DNA of 64,000 nt, from the NCBI GenBank assembly GCA_964016885.1, contig OZ024742.1:150784001-150848000 (forward strand), in the 5' to 3' direction. The DNA comes from Eledone cirrhosa (Eukaryota). How positions within the stretch are numbered: the stretch's first letter is position 1; every line of letters begins with the position of its first letter. Of this stretch, positions 38,601 to 51,600 are shown in pieces. The notes below the pieces were generated by a model that saw nothing but the letters and a program-made list of their open reading frames with translations, made no database searches and was not told the DNA's origin. The position numbers and the translations under genes are program-made.

Positions 38601-41089
38601 ATGAGATAGATTTGGAATATCTAGACTAATAATATGTGTTGGCATAACCACTATTAATTTGTCAATGTATCCATTTATCATGATCAATCTGAAATTATTG
38701 TAAAAAATCAACTAATTAAGAACCTGTCTCTGCCTTTTGTTTTATTTCCATTGTTCAAAACATGTATATAGATATATGTGACTACAATGAATCTACAATG
38801 GAATCTTATGTGATGTGAGCCTACTACAAAGACAATAGCTCTCACCGCATAATTTTGTTGGAATTATCTCTTCAAGACTGAACGGAGTTCTAACAATGTT
38901 TTGGCCCCACCATAAACAGGTAGATTCCAGTACAATTGATCTTATTAAATTTATCCATAGACTAATTATGGCTAACGCAGACCATCATTTCTCATTACAA
39001 TTGTTTCGTAAGAAGACAGCGAGAAGGATCTGGAATTTCCTTGGATTTTGCATTTTACCCTCTATTACTTTAGTTAGCGAAAGATAGGGTCTCTGTTATA
39101 TCATTTGATAAATGTAAAGTGGAATGAGAAATGTGGTACACCGTTGTAATATCTATAACCATTTTATATTCTGAGAGTCTGAAAGACAGCATTGATAAGT
39201 TTGTAACAATTTTTAACTTGGTTTTATATTTCCAAGAATTTGGCAATTTCTATATGCCAATAGCAGGTATGTCATGGTCAACTTTGCTTTTCATCCTTCT
39301 GTGATTCGATAAAGTACCAGTCTAAGACAATGAATCGGTAGAGTTTTTAAATTGTTAGATATAAGGCTTTACAGTATTTATTCTTTGTTCTGGGATCAAA
39401 TCTTGTTTTGGCCTACTTGGGTTGTAGACATAATCAGTTACTCAGTTTAACACCCCCATCTGGTCATTAGGGGGCTTTAGCTGGCATTTAAAATCTAAAA
39501 AAAAAACAAGCATGGGAGATAATGTCAATGGAATCAGTTTGTCAAAGCATCATGTATCATGATTTTTCCTATATTTACAAAATAAATGATATTCTTCACC
39601 TATAGACAATGCACATTGTAGTGGATCTGGTCATAAAAGCCAACAGGCAAAAATGTACCAAATACTCAATTATGCATAATTTACTTTCTTCCTTAGATCA
39701 CTAACCACTACTCTATTATACAGCTCAAGTTGAATATTGGCTTGATAAGACCTAACGTGAAGCTCATGGCATCCACTTCTACCAGGTTCACTAAGCAACA
39801 CATAATTCCAGTTTACTTCATATATACATCTTTTGGCAAAATCATTACATCATTGGATAGTATGATTTGCACTATTCGTTCTGGCTGTCTGCGATCTGGG
39901 TTCAAATCCCATGGGGTCACCTTTGCCTTTCATCCTTTCAAGGTTGATAAAAGAAGTAACAGTCCAGTACTGGGGTCAATTCTTCCACTATATTTCTTCC
40001 TCACTTCTCTATCACATTCCCTCTCTTCTTCTCTGTGTTCAGACCTGGAGAAGGAATGGGTTCTGCCAGATTGAAAATACCACTTTGGCACTCCTACAAC
40101 TTCATCAGGAGTTACAGGTCCATGCGTCTATTGTCTTTCCAAAATATTGCCAACTCCAGATATTAGATTTTTTTTAAATATTGTTCAGTACAAGGACAAT
40201 AGCAACCAGTATTTTAAATTCACCTTCCCTGCTAAAGCAAGAGTTAGCCTTGTCAGCCCCATAAGTAACGTCTCTATTTTATTCTATTGACTGCATCACA
40301 CTAGCTTTCATTTCCTCCTCCATCATCTTTAGGAATGTCTTTCTTGGTCTTCTCCTCCCTCTGCTTCCTTCCATATTCTTTTCTGTCTCTCCTCTGTCAC
40401 TTTCACCCTTCAACACATTTCATTTCACCACATTCATCCATGTTTCTATTTCCATGCCTTTTCTTTGGATAGGATGTATCCAGGGCAACATTATCCAATG
40501 TGTCCATTTATTAAAAGATAGTATTGTGTTATTTGAGTGTTATGTAACTACTGTTATTTCTGGCAGTTTGAGCAACTATATATCTGCTTCTTTGTTGGCT
40601 CCTATGTCAGTATAAGTGGTAAGGTAACTCTTTTCCCATCTGACTCCCATTTTATTTCTATGACCTAGTTTTAAACTGTTTCACTTAGGTTATTAATACC
40701 CTTAGGAAAAGTATAGCACACAATCTGTTTTCATTTCATCTCTATGAAAAGGATACTTCATACCAATTTAAATATAAGAATATATTTTACATCTTCATGA
40801 AGGTTTACTACATTTTCAGTGAAACAAAATATATTTCATCACAGTACCTCTCTCCCCATCCCATAACAGTAAATTACTCACTGGTTCCAATTTCAATTTA
40901 GCTCTTTGTTAATATGTATAGGAATAATTTTAGCTTTCATCATAATTATCTATGCATGTCATTAACACATCAGTGCAAGGGGAGTGGTAAGAGAAAGCGT
41001 TATGATCACAAAACACAAAAACGTCAATGGAAGACCTCCTGTAGTGTAGCACCTAAACTGCCCTTAACAAACTCCTATGTCTACAGTCT

Positions 41090-41316
41090 TTAACCCTTTA
41101 GCATTCACATTATTTTATATATACTATTATATTTTCACAGTAAAGGCTTTACCTCACATAATATCTCACATAATATTGAATCTATGAGATTTTGAAAGTA
41201 TTTATTTTGAGAACAATACCTTAACATCACTTTGAGCAACCAGTTACAGCCAGTTTCAACAGAAAGAGGTAGAGAATTCTGGCCGGTTTTGGCCAGTTTG
41301 AACACTAAAAGGTTAA
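41090..41316. mobile_element. piggyBac-like MITE (TTAA TSD), copy 2
   Basis: Same TIRs and body as 19783-20011. Confidence 0.85.
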
Positions 41317-43699
41317 GCATGTTTTAAGAGGATCTCAGGACAAACGCTCAACAAGAAATCTGTTATGAAGATCATCATAAACCATTAAATGTTAAAAATG
41401 TGTATTTTCATCCTGTCTTTAAAGCCATGTGGCTGATTGGTTAGAGAACTGGATTTGCAATCGTGAGGTTGTCAGTTCGATTCCTGGACTGGGTGATGTG
41501 TTATGTCCTTGAGCAAGACACTTTATTTCACGTTGATCCTTCTACCTGGAGTTGTGACCGATAGATAGTATTAGCAATTGGAAAGACCAACGGAAACATT
41601 GTTTCCTCGATCTGATTTGACGAAAGTCAATTGACAATTTGTTTGGTTTTTTTTTACACCTGTAGATTAAACATAAAAAACTATTAACTTCATATTTCTA
41701 AAATAATTCTATTCACATATTTTAATTAAATGACTAACTGTATGAGATGAGTTTTTGTTAATACAATTATAATTTTTATTTTAAACTCCTTTAGAAATAT
41801 AAAAATATCTTAATGTTTACATCTACAGAAAAGTGGTGGATTAACAGAATCGATAGCGCATCAAAGTATCTTGCAATATCTATATTTGTCTCTTAAAATT
41901 CTGAGTTCAAATCTTTCATTCATTTGCAGTTGATTTAATCAACCCTCACTCCCCTATTCCCCATCTGTAAAAGATTAATATTTACATCTACAATGTGTGG
42001 GTGTAAATATTAAAATAATTCTCTTCTCTAAAGATGAGGTTAGTAGCCAAAAAAATTATAATTTTGAGAAATAATTTGTGTGCTTATTTTTTTATTATTT
42101 TTACTATCAGTTTTTAAAAGAAGTCATGTGGCCTAGTGGTTATGGCAATCATAAAGTCATAGGATCAATTCCTGGATCATGTGGCTTCATTGTGTTCTTG
42201 AACAAAATATTTCATTTCACATTGTTTATTCTACCAGGACTTACCAGGCTGAAGGTATCAACAATGGAGATGTTTCCTTGCTCCATGTTTGTTTTGTTTT
42301 TTTAAATTAGAATTTAAAGATTGTGTCCTAAGGCTGCTAATTAAGATTTCATATATGGCAGTAGGTCACATATTGTAAGATAAGACTGTAACTAATTGAA
42401 TTGATATATCTTTTATTTACATTCCAAACCTTGGAGAGATGAATGTTATTAATAATGATTTCATTTCCAGTTCTATTTCTGAGATGAGTTCTTTCTTAAG
42501 TAGTGTACATTTTTAGAACTGAATCTCAGCTGTATTTGTAATATGTAGGATGATAGAGCAGTGCTTCCAACATTTTCCTTAACAATGATCTTTTCCATTT
42601 AAACGGATTTTCCCACAAACCCCAAGCTTTTAAAAAGCCTATTCGTTTAGCAAGCTTATAGTGCTACCATTGCAGACTCCCAGGAATCCATGAACTGCAG
42701 GCTGAGATAGTGTTGAAACCATGGTACATATAAGTTCAATTCTAATCTGTTTCTATTTTTAACTGTTTTACACCCATATTTTCATTGAAAGCATAGATAG
42801 AAAGGGTTTTGTGTGAGGTGTTGCTTTTACAGTAAATGTCCTTCCTATTGATAACTATTTAACTGTAAAATAGACACAGGATCATATCAATTTATGCAAA
42901 CTCATGTAATTTTCTGTCTTACTGATAGTTATTTTATCTACACAACAAGCCATTGGAGGATCCTATATACAGTTGCTTGACATGCTATAAATAGCAGACA
43001 AATGCCCTCAAAGCATACCCTGTTGGACTTCCATTGTTTCTGACAACAAATGCTCCAGCTGATTTAATTAATGGAATTGCCTGCTCATGAAATTAACATG
43101 TAAGTGGCTGAGCATTCCACAGGCATGTGCACTCTTAATGAAGTTCTCAGGGAAATTCAGCATGATGCAATGTGTGTTTATGTGTGACAAAGCTGGCAAT
43201 TACATATACAACTCAATTTTAGCTGCTGAGTGGACTGGAGCAATGTGAAATAATGTCTTGCTCAAGAACACAATATACTGCCCAGTCTGGGAATCAAACT
43301 CACAACCTTATGGTCATGAGCTGAATACCCTAATCACTAAGTCACATGCCTACCCTACTGTCTTAAAAAATCCGATGTAATCCCTGAAATAGATAAAGAT
43401 GGTCAAGGCTAAAACCTCTTTGATCACAAGTTTGTTCAAGGCCCATCTGGGATTAAAGAACTTAGTAATAACCTTCGACTTTTTTTTTAATTGATGATGG
43501 GTGCCATTAGTTGAGTGGCTCAACCTTAATATTGGGTTGGAAAGAAAGTTCCCACCATTTTTCAAAAATGTTAAAGGTTGCACATATGTAAAAAGTTATG
43601 TTGGTATGCACTATGTGCATTTCTCATTTTCTGTTACGCTGTCAAAGGGACAGCAACATAGATCTAACTAAATTGTTTGTGTGGCTTAAATGACTTCAA

Positions 43700-44003
43700 A
43701 TCTCGCTGCAGCATCGAGTCGTCACATTAACAATGCATTTGGGTCACACACCATGTCTGAATGCAGTGCCAGGGACTGGTTTGCACACTTCCATTCCAGT
43801 GATTACAGCCGTGAAGATCGACCTCATGCAGAACGTCCATCTGACTTCAATGATGAGCAACTGTGAGCTAGTGGAAGTCAACCCATGCCAAACATCTCCT
43901 CAACTCTCCAAAGTGCTTGGGGCATCAAAAACAACCATCCCATCCTCAATCACTTGCATACAATAGGGAAGGTGTCCAAGCTGGACCAGTGGGTGCTCCA
44001 TAA
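43700..44003 (+). pseudogene. Mariner transposase N-terminal fragment
   Basis: INNAFG..RDWF..F..ED.P..RP..F.DEQL..LVEVNPCQT..QL...HLHTIGKVSKLDQWVLH (WVPHEL-like). Confidence 0.8.
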
Positions 44004-44826
44004 TCGTCCCTTCACTTTTACCTTTTTGCACCAATAACTTATACCGTGTGTATCCTGGGTTTTATAATAGGTACATCATATCCCTACATATCATACGAAT
44101 AACTGAAAGGGCATCAGGGCATATGGTTGTAAAACATTGTCTGAAACCATCCTGTCCAATCTATACTAGCCTGGAAATGTGGTCATAAAAACACTGATGA
44201 TGATATATATCTGCCATCATGCTCTTGCTCCATTCACCCATTTAGCATAATTCCTCTACCATTGCTCTCTCCATCCTATTGTCTATGCTGCTTTGAATGT
44301 ATAGAGGCAGTGTTGAATAGTGAGTACTCTAGCTTTGCATGGTGCAAGACAAATTCACTAGTACTGGTGCCATGATAAAATGCACCCACTACATTCTGTA
44401 AAGTTGTTGGCATTGAGAAGGACATCCAACCATAGAAATGATGCCCAGAATTGAACACTTCAAGCAAGATGTGGTCCTTTGACTTGTCTAAAATGGCAGT
44501 AACCTTAAATAAGAATTGATTCATACTTTGATAACCCCCTATCCAACTTAAGGCAGCATGGAAAGTAGACATAAAAGGATTATGATGGTGTCTATTCTTT
44601 CCTCACAAATTTCCACTAATGATTTCTGCTGTGAACTAATATCGATTGAATCAACCCTTGTATCTCTAATTTGCTCAATTTTTCATCATGCTGGGAGGAT
44701 GGAAAACAGTTACTTGTGGAATTTCAAAAGAAACATTTAGTCTGGCAATCTGCTACATTTTACCCTTAGAATGAATCGTCAGTAACTTAAATAAAATAAA
44801 TTATGTTTGTGACATTAGATTCACAT

Positions 44827-44865
<39 letters not shown>

Positions 44866-44873
44866 AACAAGTA

Positions 44874-44977
44874 GGACCCCGACGGCTGAGCTCAAGCCGT
44901 TTCGACGGCTAATTCTGGACTAAATGATAATTTTTATCCTGGTATTTGAATAGCCGAGCTTCTCAAGGGGTAATTCC
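44874..44977 (-). ncRNA. Type I hammerhead ribozyme, U3-A8 core variant (fully paired copy)
   Basis: ACCCC-UUGAGAA-G(CU)CGGCUAUUC...GAA(U)UAGCCG(U)C-GAAA-CGGCU-UGAGCUC-AGCCG-UC^-GGGGU; stems I, II and III all pair. Confidence 0.75.
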
Positions 44978-45559
44978 ATATATGGTAAAAGTGGTTGTCA
45001 TAAGGATTGGTCAAAAGTTTGTTGTTGAGACATAATAATTCTATGATGGCAATTTGTGGAGGGAAGGGGTAGCTGAACCTGCCAGTAGGAGGGAGAGGGG
45101 GTGGAGGAGACTCATTCATGCATTGATAGTGCCGACTACAGCTGGGCATGAGGTCAAAGAAGATACTAGGGAGGGGGAGGGGGAGGAAGTCGAAACAATA
45201 TGGGGTAAATATATAGAAAAATACCGAGAGTGTTAAAAAGCAATTAAATGTAAAAAAAAAAATAAATAAACAATTTCTGGTTACTACGACCTAAGTCTCT
45301 CACTGGTACTGCTAGGCTAAAGAAAGGTATACTAGGTGGGACGGAATTATAATGAGACCCTTTGAAGAGGTATAAGTAATAAACCGAGTATATCTTATCA
45401 AAGAAAGAGAACTGGGGTGGAAGGACTAGGGAGGGATGGGGCGAAGAAGGAAATATAGAGGAAGCGATAAAAAGATATAAAAGATCTTACGTCTACCTTT
45501 GCAAGCAGGGGTTACCCATTACAAAATCGGCAAGTGGGGTGTTATAGCCCTAGTCTACC

Positions 45560-46026
45560 TAAATAGCAGTGGAGAGCCGACCAGGAGGTGCAACTGTCCT
45601 GATGGATCCATTTGCCCCCTCGACAACAGATGCAGAGATCGTAATGTGATCTACCAGTGCAACGTGAGGACGGACACCTCCAACAAAGCTTATATAGGAT
45701 TAACCGCATGTGACTTCAAGACCCGGCTATACCAACACAGACATACCTTCCGAAACCCGACCCGGCGTCACGCCACTACACTTTCGGGCCACATATGGGA
45801 CCTCAAGGATAACATTACCTCTGATCTCACTTGGAGCTTACTGTCCAGAGCCAACTCTTACACGGGAGGACGCCGTCCGTGCAATTTATGCTCGGAGGAA
45901 ACTTTACAAATGCTGTTTTCGACGGACCAACTCCTAAACAAGAAAGATGAACTGGTTACTGCATGTAAACACAGATTGCGTAGGACTTACCTCGCCCTCA
46001 AACCCCATAATGACCCGGGGGGGTAG
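45560..46026 (+). CDS. GIY-YIG endonuclease domain (C-terminal part of a PLE ORF; RT missing)
   Basis: Uninterrupted frame CNC..CPL..C..VIYQC..YIGLT..FKTRLYQH..F..TTLS.HIW.LK..W..CNLC.EE..LLNKKDEL..CKH. Confidence 0.9.
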
Positions 46027-46722
46027 ACTAGGGCTATAACACCTGAATTAATTTTCCGTATCAAATTTTACATATACTTCGTACAACCTTTTATGTAGCT
46101 TGCACTAGAACTTTTGTATCGTGGTGGCACCCTTAGAGATAGTATTAGTATTCTTTTTCGGGACTCTGAATTATTATTTCGTATTAGTTTACTTTTTTAC
46201 ACTGGGTGGTTGCTGGCCTTGTGCCTGGGGTAGAAACCTTTATTTATTATTTTGTGGTAGTTTCTTTAGTATTTTGGCCCCTCACTTGTTGACCCGTCAC
46301 CGTAAGATATACTCGGTTTATTACTTATACCTCTTAAAAGGGTCTCATCATAATTCCGTCCCACCTAGTATACCTTTCTTTAGCCTAGCAGTACCAGTGA
46401 GAGACTTAGGTCGTAGTAACTAGAAATTGTTTATTTCTTTTTTTTTTTACATTTAATTGCTTTTTAACACTCTCAGTATTTTTCTATATATTTACCCCAT
46501 ATTGTTCTACTTATTGTTTCGACTTCCTCCCCCTCCCTAGAATCTTCTTTGACCTCATGCCCAGCTGTAGTCGGCACTATCAACGCATGAATGGGTCTCT
46601 CCCTCTTTCTCCTACTGGCAGGTTCAGCTACCCCTTCCCTCCACAAATTGCCATCATAGAATTATTATGTCTCAACAACAAACTTTTGACCAATCCTTGT
46701 GACAACCACTTTTACCATATAT

Positions 46723-46826
46723 GGAATTACCCCTTGAGAAGCTCGGCTATTCAAATACCAGGATAAAAATTATCATTTAGTCCAGAATTAGCCGTCGAAA
46801 CGACTTGAGCTCAGCCGTCAGGGTCC
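46723..46826 (+). ncRNA. Second hammerhead copy, with mismatches in stems I and III
   Basis: Same fold; CGACU instead of CGGCU in stem III and AGGGU instead of GGGGU in stem I. Confidence 0.6.
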
Positions 46827-46916
46827 TACTCGTTCCTATTACCCACTCTACTACCCTAAGTATGGAGTACTTTGGTGCGTTATGGTCCACCTGGTTCCTT
46901 ACCACATTTCCTCCGT

Positions 46917-46947
<31 letters not shown>

Positions 46948-47104
46948 CTGGTTTAGAAGAGATATACCAAATCCCTGCGTGTCATAAGAAGTGATTTAAG
47001 GGGTTGGTGTCAGGAAGAGCATCTGGCTGTAAAACATTGCCTCAAAAATGTCTTGTCCAACCCATGCTAGAAAGGAAAAATCGATGTAACATGGATATAT
47101 ATAT

Positions 47105-47370
47105 AGATCGGGTGATGTGTTGTTTCCTTGAGCAAGACACTTTATTTCACATTGCTCATTTACTCAGCTGTAGAAATGAGATGATAGGACTGGGGTCCCT
47201 ATCATTCCACTGCAAAGTGGTCGTGGAGGTGCCACGGCAAAAAAGCACCCAGCACGCACTGTAAATGAGGTTGGTGTTAGGAAGGGCATCCAGCTGTAGA
47301 AATCGAGCCAGAATCAGTTCCCGTCCCACCCTTGCAAGCAGGGAAAAGCGGACGTAAAATGATGATGATG

Positions 47371-47372
<2 letters not shown>
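47105..47372 (+). mobile_element. Headless CORE-like/RTE-tail SINE
   Basis: Near-identical to the body of 13712-14101 and 48361-48658; (GAT)n tail running into (TA)n. Confidence 0.85.
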
Positions 47373-47423
<51 letters not shown>

Positions 47424-48360
47424 TTATAATTTGTTCTAACATTTCATGTGAATGGGATTGTGTTTTTATTGCAGCAGTCATTTACTGAGACACAGGGCTC
47501 TTCCTTCTACTAACTAAATTGTGAAGTAGGGATGGGACTTGCTTGTAACCAGCCAGACCAATTAGAAAAATCAAAGTCATGTGTCATACACAAACACACA
47601 CCTACTCACTCATACATACATATATGAATTGTGTGTTGGGATGTGTGTTACATGCCATCATTCTTCAGTGATCTACCCAAATATGAATGGATGCATTGTG
47701 AGTTCATGTTGAGGATGGACATGAAAAATAGCTGTGTTGTCTAAACAATCATGTCTTTGTTTTTGTTGGATTTTTTCTAAAGTAATGAAATGATCTAATT
47801 AAATAATTGTTTCTACGTTAGGCACAAGGCCAGCAATTATCCAGTGTATTACTGGTACTTTATTTTATCGACCCCGTAAGGATGAAAGGCAAAAGTTAAC
47901 CGCAGCGGGATTTGAACTCAGAATGGCAAGGGCCGTAACTCTATGCGTCAAAGCATGGCATCCGACCCTCTACCAATACTGCCAATCCACTATTAAATAA
48001 TGATTCTTCAAATAGGCATGAATCCTCAGATAGTTACAAAAGTGTCTGTCTGTGTGTGTGTGTGGTGGTGGTTGTGCTAGTGGCAACAGTTGCTATGCAT
48101 TTCACCATGTGTACTATTGATTATCATCATCATCATTATCACCATCTAACATCTATTTTTCTTCCTTGTATGAGTTCTGAAAAATAGAAATCGACACCAG
48201 AAACTTGGTTTTTCATCACATCATGATGAAAAATACCAATTCTTTATATAAGTGTGGAACTTCAGATTGTTAAGAGATGGAAACTGTAAGTTTTGTTATT
48301 GCTGCATTGCTGAAAAGTGTTAGCTGTTGAAACAAAATGTTTAAATATATATATATATGT

Positions 48361-48658
48361 GGAGGCACATGGCTTAGTGGTTAGAGCATTGGCATTGCAA
48401 TCGAAAGGTTGTGAGTTCAATTCTCAGACCAGGTGATGTTGTTTCCTTGAGCAAGACACTTTATTTCACATTGCTCCAGTTTACTCAGCTGTAGAAGTGG
48501 TCGTGGAGGTGCCACGGCAAAAAAGCACCCAGCACTCACTGTAAATGAGGTTGGTGTTAGGAAGGGCATCCAGCTGTAGAAATCAAGCCAGAATCGGTTC
48601 CCGTCCCACCCTTGCAAGCAGGGAAAAAGCGGACGTAAAATGAAATGATGATGATGAT
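48361..48658 (+). mobile_element. Full-length tRNA-derived CORE-like SINE with RTE 3' tail
   Basis: A box TGGCTTAGTGG, B box GAGTTCAATTC, CCTTGAGCAAGACACTT core, RTE 3' UTR homology, (GAT)n tail. Confidence 0.88.
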
Positions 48659-48666
48659 ATATATAC

Positions 48667-51600
48667 CCATCCATCCCACCCTCCCAACTTCAGAGTTGGT
48701 ACCATGAACGTAGGCACATTGAAAGGTCACTCAAATGAGGTTGTAGAGATGCTTGAACGTAAAGTTGATGTTTGTTGTATTCAAGAGACTAGGTGGAGAG
48801 GTGGGTCTGCCAGATTCATCGCGGGTAAAAAACGATGCTATAAACTTTTCTGGATGGGAAATGACAACGGACAGGGTGGTGTAGGAATTATGCTACTGAA
48901 AAATGGGTAGATAAGGTAATTGACGTAAATAGAGTGAATGACAGAATAATTAAATTAAGACTAGTTCTAAATAGAACTACTGTGACAATAATATCCACTT
49001 ATGCACCCCAATCTGGTCTACCTGATGTTATAAAGGACAGGTTCTATGAGATGCTAATGCACACTACCTCCCAAATAACCGACAGCAACTACTTAATTAT
49101 TGCTGGCGATCTAAACGGTCACATTGGACAACATAGTGATGGCTATGATGGAATCCATGGAGGCTATGGGGTTGGAAATAGAAATGAGGAGGGCTTCAGA
49201 ATCCTAGAATTCTGTGACGCAAATAGCCTAACTATCTGTAACACAAACTTCAAGAAACGTGAAAACCACTTGATCACCTATAAATCAGGGGAACACACCA
49301 GCCAGATAGATTATATCCTTACTAGAAGACGGGACAAAGTGTCTGTTGTAAACACTAAATCCCTCCCCCATGAAGAATGCACCTCCCAACATAGCCTAGT
49401 AGTTAGTGACCTCATAGTCAGAAATAGACGTACTCGACAACAGAGGAGGCCTACCTTGAGGAGAAGAATATGGAAGTTGAAGGACCCCATAGCCAGTGAC
49501 AAATTTAAAAGCTTATTACTTGATGCCTTTGACAATAAGGAAGAGCAATTAGAGACGTGCAATATAGAGGAACAGTGGCAATTCTTGAAAGTGAACCTGC
49601 TGAAAGCAATGGATGAAATCTGTGGCTGGAGCAGACCTATTGGCAGGAGGAGAGTAACTTGGTGGTGGAATAGACAATCAAGGCCAAAAAGCAGGTTTGG
49701 AAAGTATGGCAGGATGGGGGAAGTAGAGAGCACTATCGAGTGGCTAGGAGACAAGTGTACCTTGCAAAAAGGGAAGCAGAGGATAGAAAGTTCAAGCATG
49801 TTCTACAACGTGAACTGTTCTGGATTGCTAGACAATGTGTCAAGGAAAACCGTGATATTGTCGGGGAGAAGTATGTCCCTAATGATAACGGTGTACTTGC
49901 CCTCACTGATGCTGATAAGAAGATAGCCTGGAAGTGTCACTACGAGAGACTATTAAATGAGGAGAATAAATAGGAAAAAGATAGTCTGCCCCAAATCGAT
50001 CCAATAGAAGGACCAGCAGTGCAAGTTAAAGGTAGTATAATAAGTAAGGCAATCAAAGATATGAAGAAGGGCAAGGCAGCTGGGCCCTCAGAGATAGTTG
50101 CTGAGATGTTGAAGGCATCTGGTATGGTGGGACACACTATGGTCACCCGTATAGTTAACCAAGTAATACAGAATGGGGTTATACTGAAAGACTGTCGTAG
50201 CAGCATCATCATTAACTGCTACAAGAGTAAAGAGGATGCTCTAGATAGAGGAAACTATAGAGGCATTAAGTTAGTTGACCAGGTCATGAAGGTCACAGAA
50301 AGAGTTATAGCACAACTAATCAGAAAGCTAATTGATCTAGATGAAATGCAATTTGGGTTTGTGTCAGGTAAAAGTACTTTACCTTGTACGACAAGTACCT
50401 AACTAAAAGTAAACCCCCCTACTTAGCTTTTGTAGACCTGGAGAAAGCCTTTGACAGATTCCCCCACTCCATTATCTGGTGGGCTCTTAGAAAACTAGGT
50501 GTAGATGAATGGCTTGTGAGAGCTATACAAGCTATGTATAATGAAACAGTCAGTAAGGTTAGAATTAACAATGAATATTGTGAAGAATTTAGTGTAAAAG
50601 TTGGCGTTCATCAAGGCTCAGTCCTTAGCCCCCTCCTATTTATTATTGCCCTTCAGGCTATAACAGAGGAGTTCAAGACCGGCTGCCATGGGAACTCCTA
50701 TACGCAGATGATCTAATGCTCATAGCCGAATCAATGGCTGAACTAGTGAAGAAATTCCAAACATGGAAACATGGCCTAGAATCAAAAGGCCTTAAAGTTA
50801 ACTTGTCTAAGACTAAAGTTCTAGTTTGTAGAAAAGAAAATAGGGCACAGGTGCCCTCAGGGAAATGGCCATGCTCAGTGTGTAGGAAAGGAGTAGGCAG
50901 AAATTCCATTTTATGTCCCAAATGCAAAGTATGGGTACATAAAAGATGTAGTGGGATCACAGGTAAACTATCTAAGAACGTAGACTTTATATGTGGCCAA
51001 TGCTCAGGTGCAATAAGTAGCAAGTGTCCACAGGATACTAGCTCCTTCAACTGCCGAGATGGTTCTATAGAAATAGTAGACACTTTCCGTTACCTGGCTG
51101 GCGAAATCAGCAGTGGTGGAGGGTGTTCTGAAAGTACGGTAGCCAGAGTCAGAACGGGATGGAAAAAGTTCAGAGAGCTTATACCGCTGTTGGCCACAAA
51201 AGGTTTCTCTCTAAAAATGAAAGGCAGATTGCATGATGCCTGTATACGAACAGCAATGCTACATGGCAGTGAGACATGGGCATTGCATGCAGAGGACCTG
51301 CGTAGACTGGAAAGGAACGAAGCATGCATGCTCCGTTGGATGTGTAATAGTAATATACGTGAACGGCAAAGCATAAATGAACTAAGTGAGAAATTAGGAA
51401 TAAGAGGGATCAGATGCTGTTTACTCGAGAGAAAACTACGTTAGTATGGTCACGTGATGCGCATGAAAGACGACAGCTGCATAAAAAAGTGCAGGGCGAT
51501 CAAAATTAATGGTAGTTACGGAGTAGGTAGACCCAGAAAAACCTGGGACGATCTGATAAATTCCGAGTTACACACTTGCATTTCTCTAAGACAATGTCAC

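Larger units (their letters stand above)
44861..46916 (+). mobile_element. 5'-truncated Penelope-like element (Naiad-type) with inverted pseudo-LTRs, inserted in (TA)n
   Basis: ~537-bp inverted arms 44861-45397 / 46303-46839, GIY-YIG ORF between them, ~75-nt 3' tail extension, (TA)n on both flanks. Confidence 0.9.

Noticed and set aside
45560-46026. Selenocysteine-encoding Naiad element
   Set aside because: Some Naiads recode UGA as Sec, but this fragment has no in-frame TGA and I could not identify a SECIS by eye.
48361-48435. Functional tRNA gene
   Set aside because: The acceptor stem does not close and the sequence runs into a SINE core and RTE tail; multi-copy SINE head.
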